This document shows positions 63,751 to 64,000 of a DNA stretch of 64,000 nucleotides, piece by piece (the first letter of the stretch is position 1; each line of letters starts with the position of its first letter). The notes beneath the pieces were generated by a model. It did not search any database and was not told the DNA's origin. It saw only the letters and a list, made by a program, of their open reading frames with translations. The DNA is from Chara braunii. Lineage: Eukaryota > Plantae > Charophyceae. The position numbers and the translations under genes were made by a program. The stretch spans positions 2,803,297 through 2,867,296 of the forward strand of contig BFEA01000035.1 of assembly GCA_003427395.1 (NCBI GenBank), written 5' to 3'.

Positions 63751-64000
63751 GCCCGGGTGCGCACATGCACGTGGGCGGAGGGTAATCAGGGGGGGAGTGT
63801 GGGAAGAGGGAGGGGGGCAGGTCGCACGGGGAAGCAGGGAAATGGAGTCGCGAGGCAGGGGGGAAAAACAAATGGGCGAGAAGGGGGAAGAATCATGGGG
63901 GGAAGCACGATCCGTCGGGATTGAGGTCGGGGGTAGGGAGGGAACTATCGAGGGGAGTCGGGATCAGCGGAGGGGGAAGGAGGTGGGTGGGCAAGAGGAG

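Overview
This is eukaryotic, repeat-rich, gapped draft-assembly DNA, most likely the nuclear genome of a charophyte alga such as Chara. That is an inference from the mitochondrial intron set and ccmB found in the organellar insert. One convincing host gene is present: an intronless ABC1/UbiB atypical kinase (about 5114-7009, +), whose 3' end is tandemly triplicated. The rest is mobile or repetitive DNA. (1) A full-length decayed Ty3/Gypsy chromovirus (18765-27925, -) with about 1.2 kb LTRs and a tRNA-iMet PBS, inserted into one unit of an unusual repeat-spacer array (core CATTCTGCTTAGAAACAATG). (2) An old LTR element with very long LTRs (about 5 kb core) and only about 2.4 kb of pol-less internal sequence (31590-47206). 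Its 5' LTR carries a MITE and its 3' LTR carries a mosaic NUMT (rrn18, ccmB, trnG, a cox1 mini-exon between group II and group I introns, rrn26 plus a group I intron). (3) Several hAT-type MITE families with 8-bp TSDs. (4) A plastid rpoB/16S NUPT, two nuclear LSU rRNA pseudogene fragments, and mini- and microsatellites. Two Nextera mate-pair junction adapters and several N-adjacent duplications are assembly artefacts. Most ORFs in the supplied track are spurious. All alignments and family assignments were made by eye.
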